Made by a program: the position numbers and the translations under genes. A stretch of 64,000 bases of DNA from NCBI RefSeq assembly GCF_004010195.1, contig NC_057718.1, positions 99,939,186 to 100,003,185 of the forward strand, in the 5' to 3' direction. How positions within the stretch are numbered: the stretch's first letter is position 1; the number at the start of each line of letters is the position of its first letter. This document shows positions 26,095-37,266 of the stretch, piece by piece. The notes under the pieces are model-generated. The model made no database searches. It was not told the origin of the DNA and saw only the letters and a program-made list of their open reading frames with translations. The DNA comes from Chiloscyllium plagiosum (taxonomy: Eukaryota).

Positions 26095-26540
26095 AACTTA
26101 TACCTCTCTAATTTAACTCCACACCATCTCACCCTTCATAAGTCTTACAGACACTCAAAGACAGGCAAGACATGATTATTAAGAATAGAAAAATGAAAAG
26201 AAAAATCAAGGATGCACAGTTCAATAGCACCAGGCTAGACCATAGGGTTCAATGAGTTGCTTTCTTTCTCTCCCATTTGATGATTTTGATGTCTTCCCCA
26301 ATGATACACCAGTGCTGTCTTTCATTGACTGTTTGAGAATTTACTCCTTTTGGAGAGTCTGAGGATGATTTTCCCTTTTCCTTTCAACAAGGTGATTTGC
26401 AGAGAAACATAAGTGGAGGCTGAAACTGGAGACTTTCTAATAGCTCCGCACAAGAGATGGAGACACAGGGAGACAATTATTTTCTTTGATGCTTTCTCTT
26501 AGTAACCTGGATGTTTCTCTGCTGCATTGATCCTGCACAA

Positions 26541-26740
26541 GCCATGGCCACCAGGTCAGGAGCTATGCTCACCATGGCCACCAGGTCAGGAGCTATGGTC
26601 ACAATCACCAGGTCAGGAGCCATGGTCATCATGGCCACCAGGTCAGGAGCCATGGGAACCATGGCCACCAGGTCAGGAGTCACCAGGTCAGGGACCATGA
26701 TCACTAGGTCAGGAGCCCCCATGGTCACTAGGTCAAGAGG
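26541..26740. repeat. Minisatellite with cacYaggtcagg core, 8 copies
   Basis: AGGTCA at 26553, 26583, 26610, 26640, 26670, 26685, 26706 and 26730. Confidence 0.9.
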
Positions 26741-27777
26741 CAGTCAAAATCTTGTTGAGCAGGTGTCCCCCTAGTTCAGAACCTAACAGCACATTTACAC
26801 TGTGTTCATTTATACTCACTGTTCCAGCAGAAAGCGACATTGTCCACAACTCTCATTGCACTCCAGTAAACAGGATTTTCAAAACTACAGCCAACCCTTT
26901 ACACTCATTGGTTGAAAGCAGTATCCTTTGTTTTAAGTCTACGATTCAAAGTAAAGAAAATAAAAAGATTTAAGTTCCATGATTTTATTAGTCCTGAGGT
27001 TTAAACAATTGTTAAAAGCTGGCAGTGCCTCTGTAACTTTGACTAATATTTCATTTACCCCTTGCTGAGTATACCATCTTGGTGTGCTGAGTGAAATCAT
27101 TCCATTATCTCTGACACACCAGATAATGAAAAGAAGGATGTGAATTTATGTACCACCTTTCTCTCAGACATCCCAAAGCACTTTACAGCCACATAGTATG
27201 CTCACTTGCTGTAGTGTCATGGGACAGGCGAGCTAACTACACATACACACAGCACAAAGATCGTGAAACAGGGATTCATTATTAGACTGGCAATATATCT
27301 TTGTAACCATTATGGAAAAGTGTACCTTAGAGGAATGTTGCTGATCCACCAGGACGTTGTTAAGGAGGTTAACTCTTAACCAGCTGGGTAATAAGCTCTG
27401 GAGGACGAGCGCCTAATGCTAACCTCCTGTGACTGTGTAACACTGATTATCTTGCCTCTCAGACACGAAGAGGATCTTTTACTCCCCGTGGCCTCACGAT
27501 CTCAGCCGTTTGGTCCAGGTGGCCCACCTGGGTCTCCTGAAGCTGTTGGCCCTCACCCCTACCATTTCCCAGCTTTCTAACCATCTTCAGTGGCTTTGGT
27601 CTGTGTCCCTGCCTCCTTGATGCTGACCCACCAACCCCTGGCTGCAGCCCCTTCTCTCTGTTTATCTCCATCACTCCCTGAGAGTCCTCCGGCTCAGCGG
27701 TGCTGTCAGTCAGTCTGGCGAGGGCTCCTGCTGTTGCATGCTCTAATTCCCCTTTCTGTTTCTCTACACAGAACCAG

Positions 27778-28085
27778 GGAAGGCATAGGCCTAGTGGTAT
27801 TGTCATTGGACTGATAATCCAGAAACCCAGGTTCAAATCCCACCACAGATTTAAAAAATCTGGAATTAGAACCTAATGATGACCATGAATCCATTGTTCA
27901 TTGTCTGGAAAAAAAGCATCTGGTTCACTAATGTCCTTTAGGGAAGGAAAGTGCCATCCTTACCCTGGTCTGGCCTGCATGTGACTCCAGATCCACAGCA
28001 ATGTGGTTGACTATTAACTGCCCTCTGGGCAATAAATGCTAGTTTGGTCAGCATGCCCCTCATCCTGTGAACCTTTAAAAAAAAT
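27778..28085 (+). mobile_element. tRNA-derived SINE with conserved central domain (Meta-SINE-like) and LINE-derived tail
   Basis: ggcctagtggt A box, ggttcaaatccc B box, ggttcactaatgtcctttagggaaggaaa...ggtctggcct...gtgactccag core; homologous to 38880-39230. Confidence 0.75.
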
Positions 28086-28214
28086 CAGAGGCTTCCTACT
28101 CAAGCCCAGGCCACTTTCTCCTCCTTTTTGGCCTTTCCCTGTGGCCTCCAACTCCAGCCTCCAGAGGAACTGATAGGGTTTCCCCCACCATCGCCACCTG
28201 CTCTTGGAGGACCT

Positions 28215-28545
28215 GCAACAGTAGGAAGTGCAGCAGCCAATTTGCCCACAGGCAGCTATGAGCTAAAGGCCAGGTCATCTGATTTTACTGGTGTTGGTTG
28301 AGGGATATGCATTAACCGAGCTATAGGGGAGAACTCCTCTCTCTCCTTTCCCACAATAATGTCTTGAGTTTTGTTTTACACTCAGTTGAGAGAGCAGGTG
28401 GGACTTCTATCTCAATGTCTCTGCTAACAGGCAGCTCCAGTTCCCCAGGCAGTATGGCACTCCCTCGGCACTGCATTAGAATCCCATTTGTGCTTGAGCT
28501 GAAGTGAAACTTGCACTCACAACCACCTGACTTGGAGATAAAACT
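28215..28545 (-). mobile_element. Ancient Deu-domain-like SINE (SacSINE1/AmnSINE1-related) remnant
   Basis: gcagccaatttgcccacag, gttggttgagggata, ggggagaactcc, gcactccctcggcactgca; the tail part may lie at about 27135-27250. Confidence 0.55.
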
Positions 28546-29472
28546 ATTCTTCCAGCACTGAAGAAAGCGAAAGTGTGAACTTAATTTAATTAGGTGTTGG
28601 TTTTAGATTTTCAGAATGAGGAACATGGGTTGCTTCCCTCTATAAGTCTGAGCACTGGCCCGGAAACCAAGTGTCTCACCCTCAGTCTTTTACTGACTGT
28701 TACCATCTGCATTTACCTTTATAACCGTTTTATGTTATTAGAGAAGCAATGAATTCAACATGTCATTCCAATTAACCATGAAAAACCTGGAGACATAGAT
28801 AATGAAACGAATAGTCATTTGCTCTAATTGGCTCAATGTGATGGACCAAGATACAGATAGCAAAATGCCGCGCAGAATATACAACCCAGATCACTCACTC
28901 ATACTCTGGTGTGTTAATTAATCAATCTCTCAATTCTGCTTCAGAGTCCCCGGGAAAACATTCTCCCAATGAGGATATCAGGCATTGGGCCATCGATACC
29001 CTTGTTGCTGAGACAGGCTTACTGCCTGATAACTTGTTTGGCAATGATTGGCCTCTCGAGACTATTCCTGAAATAACTGCAGTTACACGAAGCAGGCAAT
29101 TAGGCTTTTAGAGCTGATTACACACTTGTGCAGCAATAACCAGTGCTCACCAGGGTGTCAAAGCAAGCGAGCTGCTAAAGAACCTGAGCAGACAATTACA
29201 TTTTAAGATATGTCAGGGAAGCTCTGCAGAGCATTAGACACTCAGTTCATCTAATGAACAGAACTGTTATTCAGCTTGTAATGGCAAGCCACCCTCATTC
29301 CGAACAGAGCAAGACCTTTGTTCAGACAGGTTGATCTCCTTCCAGTTCCCGATTTAAACAAAAAGGGACTACATCCTTTGATTTCTCGCCGCTATGTTAT
29401 TAAAAGTAACACCTTGGTTATTGTTAAAAATCACATCACACCAGGTTCTAGTCCAACAGGTTTATTTGGAAG

Positions 29473-29508
29473 CACTAACTTTCGGAGCGCCGCTCCTTCA
29501 TCAGGTAG
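29473..29508 (-). ncRNA. Minimal hammerhead ribozyme motif
   Basis: UAC-CUGAUGA-A-GGAGC-GGC-GCUCC-GAAA-GU-UA-GUG. Confidence 0.6.
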
Positions 29509-29783
29509 CTAGTGGGGCAGGATCATAAGACACAGATTTTCTAGCAAAAGATCACAGTGTCATGCAACTGAAATGATATATTGAACAAACCTAGATTGCT
29601 GTTAAGTCTTTCATCTTTTCGAATGGGTTGCAGGTTTCAGTTCATTAATACGTAAATCTCAGAACGTCTTTCAAGTCACATTCTCGAGATAACTTAAGGT
29701 TTTATAAAAAATGGTGACATCTCACTTCAGACAATGTATTAAAGGTGTGAGGTTAGAGTCTGTATCCCAATCTTGAGTTGGAC

Positions 29784-30098
29784 TGGGTGGCACAGTGGCT
29801 CAGTGGTTAGCACTGCTGCCTCACAGTGCCAGGGACCTGAGTTTGATTCTAGCCTTGGGCGACTGTCTGTGTGGAGTTTATACTTTCTCCCCGTTTCTGC
29901 ATGGGTTTCTGCTGGGTGCTCTGGTTTCCTCCCACAATCCAAAGATATGCAGGCAAGATGAATTGGCCATGCTAAATTGCCCATAGTGTCCGGGGTGTGG
30001 GTCTGGGTGGGTTACTCTTCAAAGGATCGGTGTGGATTTGTTGGGCCGATACTGTAGGGAATCTAATGTTTCCATACTGTAGGGAATCTAATCTAATC
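29784..30098 (+). mobile_element. HE1-type V-SINE inserted in PLE
   Basis: Head, V-domain and (aatct)n tail. Confidence 0.9.
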
Positions 30099-30840
30099 AA
30101 ATTTCCAAAGTAGGAATTTATAAAATATTCCATGGATTGACTGTCAACAGATTGTGCATTTTTTGAGCAAAATAGGATGAGCCTGCAAATATAATTCGGC
30201 AAATGCAAATTCAGCTCATAGACTTACATATGTGTGTATGCGTGTGAGTGTGAGAGAAAGTGTGCTTGTGTGTGTGCATGCTTGGTAAAGTGCATGTGAG
30301 TGTGATGGAGCATAAGCCTGTGAGGGTGAGTGTGGCGGGTGTATGTGAGAGAGTATGTGTATGAGAGACAGTGTATGTAAGAATGTGTGTATGTGTACAT
30401 GCCTGTGTGTGTGACAGAGAGAGTGTATAGTGTCATGGGGTCACATGTAGTGTGACATGAACCCAAGGTCCCAGTTGAGGCCATCCCCACAGGTTCCGAA
30501 CTTGGCTCTCAGCCTCTGCTGGGAGATGCACAGTTACAAGGATAGAGTAGGGGGATTGATCTGGGTGGGATGCAGAGTGTCTATGTGGACTCGATGGGCT
30601 GGATGGCCTGATTACACACTCTTGGGATTGTATGAGAAGAGCCCATTTGCACTGATTCTAAATCACAATCACTTTCAGAACCAGGTCTTTGAGGTGGCTG
30701 TCTCACACTTTAGGGGAGCTCATCAATAATCAAGTGATTTGGAGGAGCCGGTGTTGGACTGGGATGGACAAAGTTAAAAATCACACAACACCAGGTTATC
30801 ATCCAACAGGTTTAATTGGAAGCACTAGCTTTCGGAGTGC

Positions 30841-30905
30841 ATGAGGATTGCCTCAACTAAAACTATGGGTTTATGTCACACTACAGGTGACCCCACTACA
30901 CTATA

Positions 30906-30936
<31 letters not shown>

Positions 30937-31660
30937 GCGCACTCTTACATACTCTCACAATCATGCAGACCCTCTCATACACACACACACATACGCATCC
31001 CAAACTCACACCCATGCACGCACCCTCTCACAGGCATAGTCCATCACACCCACACCCATACACACACTTTACCAAGCATGCACACACGCAAGCACATACT
31101 CTCTCATGCGCACTCACACTCTCACGCACACACTCATGCACACACATAAGTCTGTGGGGTGAATTTGCATTTGCAGAATTATATTTGCAGATACATCCTA
31201 TTTTGCTAAAGAAAGTGCACTACCCATGTAACATTTTTAAAATTCCTACTTTAGAAATACAACCAGTCTGACTCAAGATTGGGATACAGACAGACTCTAA
31301 CCACACAGCTTTAATGCATTATCTGAGCTGAGATGTCACTTTTTTTTAATAAGAACTTAAGATATCTCAAGAATGTGATTTAAAAGAAGTTCTGGGATTT
31401 ACATATTAATGAACCAAAACCTGTAACCCGTTCTAAAAGATGAAAGACTTAACAGCAATCTAGGTTTGTTCAATATATCATTTCAGTTGCATGGCACTGT
31501 GATCTTTTGCTATAAATTCTGTGTCTTACAATCCCGTCCCACTAGCTACCTGATGAAGGAGCGTCGCTCTGAAAGCTTGTGATTCCAATTAAACCTGTTG
31601 CACTAGAACCTGGTGTTGTGTGATTTTTAACTTTGTACACCTCTGGCACCTCCATATCAC
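30841..31660 (+). mobile_element. Penelope-like element 3' region (family B)
   Basis: Reverse complement of 29421-30519 without the SINE; GFMSHY C-terminus, (CA)n tract, hammerhead near the end. Confidence 0.8.
31547..31581 (+). ncRNA. Minimal hammerhead ribozyme motif
   Basis: UAC-CUGAUGA-A-GGAGC-GUC-GCUCU-GAAA-GC-UU-GUG; palindromic AGCU at stem III. Confidence 0.65.
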
Positions 31661-31759
31661 TTGATTATTGATGAGCTTCCCTAAAGTGTGAGACAGCCAG
31701 CTCAAAGACCCAGTTCTGAAAGTGATTGTGATTCAGAATCAGTGCAAGTGTGCTCTTCT

Positions 31760-32130
31760 CATACAATTCCTACAGTGGTGAAGCAGGACATTCGGCCCAT
31801 CGAATCCACATTGACCCTCCAAAGAGTTTGAGGCCATCCTCATGGGTCCCACCTAAATCCATCCCCCTACCCTATCCCTATAGTTGTGCATATCCCATAG
31901 CTAACCCATCTAGCCTGTACATCTCTGGACAGTATGAACAAATTAGCCTGGCCAATCCACCCTAACCTGCACACCTTTGGATTGTGGGAGAAAACTGGAG
32001 CATCCAGAGGAAACCCATGCAAACACAGGGAGAACGTGCATACTCCACACATTTGCCCAAGGCTGGAATTGAACCCAGGACCCTGGCACTGTGAGGCAGC
32101 AGTAACTAACCACTGAGCCACCATGCCACC
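31760..32130 (-). mobile_element. HE1-type V-SINE
   Basis: Reverse complement of head, V-domain and tail. Confidence 0.85.
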
Positions 32131-32228
32131 CATTTTTTATAAAATTATTTTGCGGGATGTTGACATACCTGGGAAGGCCAACATTTGTGGTTCTGTCTCT
32201 GATTGCCCTTGGACGCAATTGGTATATA

Positions 32229-32425
32229 GGTGAAAGTGAGGACTGCAGATGCTGGAGATTAAAGTCGAGAGTGTTGTGCTGGAAAAGCACAGCAGGTCAG
32301 GCAACATCCGAGGAGCAGGAGAATTGATGTTTCAGGCAAAAGAAGGGCTTCTGCCCGAAACATCAATTCTCCTGCTCCTCAGATGTTGCCTGGCCTGCTG
32401 TGCTTTTCCAGCACCACACTCGCAA
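32229..32425. mobile_element. Fold-back PLE-derived element, family A
   Basis: Inverted arms around gaagggcttctgcccgaaac. Confidence 0.8.
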
Positions 32426-33299
32426 CTATAATCGGTGTATCCCTATTAACCAAATACATTTAGATGAGTTCAAAATAGTTGAACCAGCAGAATTTCATAT
32501 GCCTTGCTATTTGTTTCTCAAAAGCAATTAGTGAAGTTAATCCCTACGTTTGAGTTGAAAATGTCCAAAAATTATTTTTTGTTTTAAGAGGAGCAAAGTG
32601 CGCATTAAATATCTCCCTGCTTCTGCAGTAATTTACTCAGTGTGTACTTTTTGTGAAGAGGGCTTAAGGCAAAGGAAGGAAATCTTTATTAGAACAGTGA
32701 GTCAGTGACTGGACCTTATCAACTGCATAATTTCCCCTATTCTCTGATGCCATGGCATCAAATTTCAGGCGGTGTAGGACTTGAATCCATTTGCTTTTCC
32801 TCCAAAATCTGACAGTTACAAGAATTATTGAACTCTCAAATATCTGAGGTACATTTTATGACCCATTGGTTACTCAGACATCAAAATTACGCAAGAGGTT
32901 GCTTTATAGTGGACTACTTAACACCTACACTAAAATGTTAGAGAGGTGCGATGGTGTGTTTGGCGTACAAGCTGTATTTTCCCAGTCACTGCATGCTGTG
33001 GGAAATTAGGAAAATATGACAAGAGTGGGAAAATGAGACTTGGGAAACAAAGATTTTGAACCCCCAGTTTGAACAGCGACTGGTGGAGTTTCCTGTGGTC
33101 TTCTCTCTCACAGGTCATTTACCCTTCCCCCCTCAGGGATGGTCACAGCCACATTTTTTAACCCACTGCATACTTTTGATTGCCAACGTGTTGAACAGTA
33201 AACCCACCTCCCCACCCCCAGCCGATGGTCTTCAGCGTCCATCTTTCCACCTCAGTGAGCCCATAAACAGATAGCTCCCACTCACCCCCACCCCCACTT

Positions 33300-33940
33300 T
33301 CCTGGTAGCTCTTCTTCACATCGGTGAGACCCAACATACAGTAGGTGTCCGTTTTGCCGAGAGTCTTCACGAGGCCCGAAACAGCTAGTCTGACCTCCTG
33401 GTCACCGGCCATTTCAACTCCCCCTCCCACTCCCCCTCTGACTTGTCCATCCTCAGCTTCCTCCATTGCCACAATGAACCAAACCGCAAACTGGAGGATT
33501 TAAACGTCATTTTCCACTTGGGCTGCCTACAGCCCAGAGGACTCAACATTGAGTTCTCCTGTTTCAAATAACCTTCCTACCCATCCCACCAGCTCCCTTT
33601 ACAGCCCCTCCCCCCTCCCTTCCCATTCCACCTACCAACCCTTCCACTCCACTTACCAACTCTTCTTCCTTCCAGCCATAACCGGATTCATCCCTTCCGT
33701 CGACCAACCAAAATGTGCCCACCATCTGTGTCCACCTATCACTATCTCATCATTCCGCTAATCTCCCCACCCTGCCTCCGCCAACCCCTTTACCTGCAGC
33801 TCCCCCCACACGCACCCCCAGTCCAAAGGAAGGGTTACACCTGAAACATCGACTTCTCCACCTCCTGATGCTGCCTGGCTCACTGTGTTCTTCCAGCCTC
33901 CTGCTTGTCTACTTTGATTTCTGGCATCTGCAGTTTTTTT
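33300..33940 (+). mobile_element. Penelope-like element remnant (GIY-YIG, pyrimidine-rich UTR, decayed hammerhead)
   Basis: acatcggtgagacc (IGET), catttcaactccccctcccactcc (HFNSPSHS), cagcccagaggactcaacattgag (QPRGLNIE); hammerhead-like remnant at 33820-33854. Confidence 0.75.
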
Positions 33941-34185
33941 TCTGATTCTTCAAACGTGTGGCTTGTGCAGCCATGTCAGAAAGCAGTTAAGAGTCAATCA
34001 CGTTACTATGGGTCTGGAGTCACCTGTAGGCCAGACCAAGTAACATTGGCAGATTTCCTTCCCTTAAAGTTGGTTCAACAAATTTCAAATTTTTGGTTTC
34101 TCTCAGGGCCAGTGCATGTAGAATCTTTAAACAGTTTTAAGGCAGAGGGAGATAGAGTCTTGATGACCAAGGGGGTGGAAAATTA

Positions 34186-34470
34186 GGGGCAGCATGGTGG
34201 CTCAGTGGTTAGCACTGCTGTCTCACAGCGCTGGGGATGTGGGTTCGATTTCACTTCCGGGTGACTGTCTGCGTGGAATTTGTACATTCTCCCCGTGTCT
34301 GCGTGGGTTTCCTCCCACTGTCCAAAGATGTGCAGTTTAGGGTGGATCGGCCATGAGCAATGTAGGGTGGTAGGGTAGGATAGGATAGGGTTGGGTCTGG
34401 GTGGGATGCTCTTCAGATGTTCAGTGCAGACTCCAATGGCCTCGTTCTGCACTGGAGGGATCCTATGATT
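34186..34470 (+). mobile_element. HE1-type V-SINE
   Basis: Head and internally deleted V-domain. Confidence 0.85.
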
Positions 34471-34919
34471 ATTGGGACATATCTGGGAATAATCTCATTT
34501 GACTTTGTGTGTAGCAACCATAGCAAATACAACTTGCATTTATATAGTGACTTACAGTAGAAGAACACTGTGCTAAGCTGTAATTTGGACTTCAATCGCC
34601 TTGTGGATCTACAGGACACAGAACAAAGCAGTGAACAATAGAAATAGCACAACATGCAATAGTAATTACATTTAAGTATCTCCTTGCCGAGGTCCCTGCT
34701 GTGCTAAACTCTGTGTTCATGCTAGATCATTCCTTTGCAGTTTTTTTTGTGTTAACAAAACTCCCTGCTTTCATTGTGCACAGCTTCAGAATCTCCAACT
34801 TTGACCCAGCTAGTTTAACAAATATTCCCCCGAAAACTACTGGGATTGAAGACATGGGATTAATCTCATTTGGGTGGGGGGGGCAGTTTTAGTCCATCCT
34901 GAATGTAGTAAACACACAT

Positions 34920-35272
34920 GGGGTGGTATGGTGGCTCAGTGGTTAGCACTGTCACCTCACAGTATGGGGACCCAAGTTTGATTCCAACTACAGGCGACTG
35001 TCTGTGTGGAGGCTGCACATTCTCCTTGTGTCTGTGTGAGTTTCCTCCAGGTGCTCTGGTTTCCTCCCACAGTCTAGAGATGTGCAGGTCAGGGTGGATT
35101 GGCCATGGGAAATTGCCCCTAGTGCTCAGGGATGTGTAGGTTAGTTGTGTTAATCAAGGGTAAATGTAAAGTAATAGGGTAGAGGAATGGGTCTGGGTGG
35201 GTTACTCTCCAGAGGGTCGGTGTGGACTTGTTGGACCGAAGGGCCTGTTTCCATACTGTCGGGATTCTATGT
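34920..35272 (+). mobile_element. HE1-type V-SINE
   Basis: Full head, V-domain and tail. Confidence 0.9.
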
Positions 35273-36179
35273 AACATCTAACTCTTTCTTAAAAATATTC
35301 AGTGTTTTGGCCTTGACTGTTTTCTGTGGCAGAGAATTCCGCAGGCTCTCCATGCTCTCTGGGGGAAGACATTCCTACTCCATCTCTGTTCTAAGTGCCC
35401 TTCCCCTTTTTCCTTAAATTGTGGCCCTAGGTTCGGGACTCCATGATCATCAGGGGCATCCTTTCTGTGTTTGTCCCGTTGGATTTGGTGGAACAAGGAT
35501 TGGGCAAGGCCTAATCCAACATTGCACCCAATCCTGGTAATTTAACGTTGATCCCATCGGGCTCAGCGTAGATTCAGCCAGATCCCTTTGGGATTCCCTC
35601 TCAGCAGACTGGATTAAAATCCACCCGATTCTCCCCATGAACAGGAAGGAGTGAAGAAGGGTTCAAACAAATCCCACGGCATCTGAATCGAGTGCAGAAA
35701 CACTTCCTTGAACACGCATTTGGAACAAAACATCAATGACATTTGTACCAAAGTCCTCCCCACTTCCCATGGAGTCGTGTTGACAGCTCTGGGATGCGGG
35801 CACTGGCTTTTTTTATTTTTAAAACAAGCCAACAGCAAAATAAAAACCTTCAGAAAAAGAAATCTTTTCATTGTCGCAGAAATCATTAACAAAGGGGGTA
35901 GTTATGGCTTAAGTAGTTCATGGAGTATAGTTAGAGACAGGCGGAATTGTTTGGCAATTAACACACTGGAAGATTTCCCAGGGCCACCAGTACTCCCAGG
36001 GTTAACTCCTGCCAGATGTGTTAATGAGCAGCTTTAGTAATTAGAGAGTATTGTACATTATCCACTTGTTTTACACAGGCTGCATTTGCTGTCAATGCAA
36101 CTACAGTAATGTATGCATCACACCTGCAATCACATGTCGCTGCCAATAACACTACACTTGGCTAGTCCCAGGGATGGAG

Positions 36180-36595
36180 GGGCGGAGAGGTTGAGCAGGG
36201 TGGACTTGTGCTCAATGGACTTTTGAAGAATGAGAGGTGACCTTATTGAAACACATAAAATTCTTAGGGAGCTTGATAGTATAGATGCGGAAAGGTTGTA
36301 TCACCTTGTGGAGGAGTCTAAGACCATAGGTACGATCTCAGAATTAGGGGTCCCACATTTAAGACAGCGATGAGAAGGAATATGAGGAGGGGAGTGATTC
36401 CGTGGAATTATCCACCGCAGAGGGCTGCCGAGGCTGGGTCATTCAGTATACTCAAGGCTGAGACAGACAGACTTTTAATCGGAATCAAGGATTATGGGGC
36501 GAGGCAGGAAAGTGGGGTTCAGGGTTATCAGATCAGTGAAAGATGGAGCAGTGCTGATGGGCTGAGTGGCCTACATCTGCCCCTCCATGTTATGT
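36180..36595 (+). mobile_element. Old CR1 LINE 3' fragment
   Basis: gaagaatgagaggtgaccttattgaaacacataaaattct (RMRGDLIETHKIL). Confidence 0.7.
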
Positions 36596-36977
36596 AGGAA
36601 GTTTGCTGCATCGAAGAATAGAATAATCTGTGATACTGAGAGACACGAAATACTTTAACAACACGCAGATGTGTTTTTTAAAACGTTTCTCTCCAACGCA
36701 GAGGGTCTGAAATGTTGTGTGCTCTCACTCGGTCAGACCTTGTGAAGAGAACTCATTGCTTACAGCTTCATTGGGCAATCCCTTCTTCACTCCTTCCTCC
36801 CTTCCTCCCTCACACACTCTCCCCATGACTTTTCCCTTCACCCCCCACAGTCCTTCCTGCCTCCTCACACTCCCCATGCCTTCTCCCTCCCTCCCTCCTT
36901 ACTGCCCACCCAGCACATTGATTTAGGAGATGTTATTATAAAGGCAAAATACCACAAGTGCTGGAAGGCTGAGAACA

Positions 36978-37266
36978 TTCAAATTCCAACAGTGTGGAAA
37001 GAGGCCATTGGGCCCATTGAGTTCACACAATCCCTGCTGAAGAGCATCTTAGCCAGATCCATCCCTATAGCCCCACATTTCCCATGGCCAATCCACCCTA
37101 ACCTGCACATCTTTGGACTGTGGGAGGAAACCAGAGCACCCCGAGGAAACCCACGTAGACACGGAGAGAATGTGCAAACTCCACACAGACAGTCACCTGA
37201 GGCGGGAATTGAACCAAGTCTCTGGCACTGTGAGGCAGCAGTGCTCACCACTGAGCCACCATGCCA
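36978..37266 (-). mobile_element. HE1-type V-SINE
   Basis: Reverse complement of head and V-domain. Confidence 0.9.

Larger units (their letters stand above)
29421..30519 (-). mobile_element. Penelope-like element 3' region (family B) interrupted by HE1 SINE
   Basis: Minus strand encodes QRLRAKFGTCGDGLNWDLGFMSHY (GIY-YIG C-terminus), then a (CA)n-rich UTR and a hammerhead-containing terminus. Confidence 0.8.

Noticed and set aside
25730..26985. Possible solo LTR around the AGGTCA minisatellite
   Set aside because: No clear TG...CA termini, TSD or second copy in the window; left unannotated
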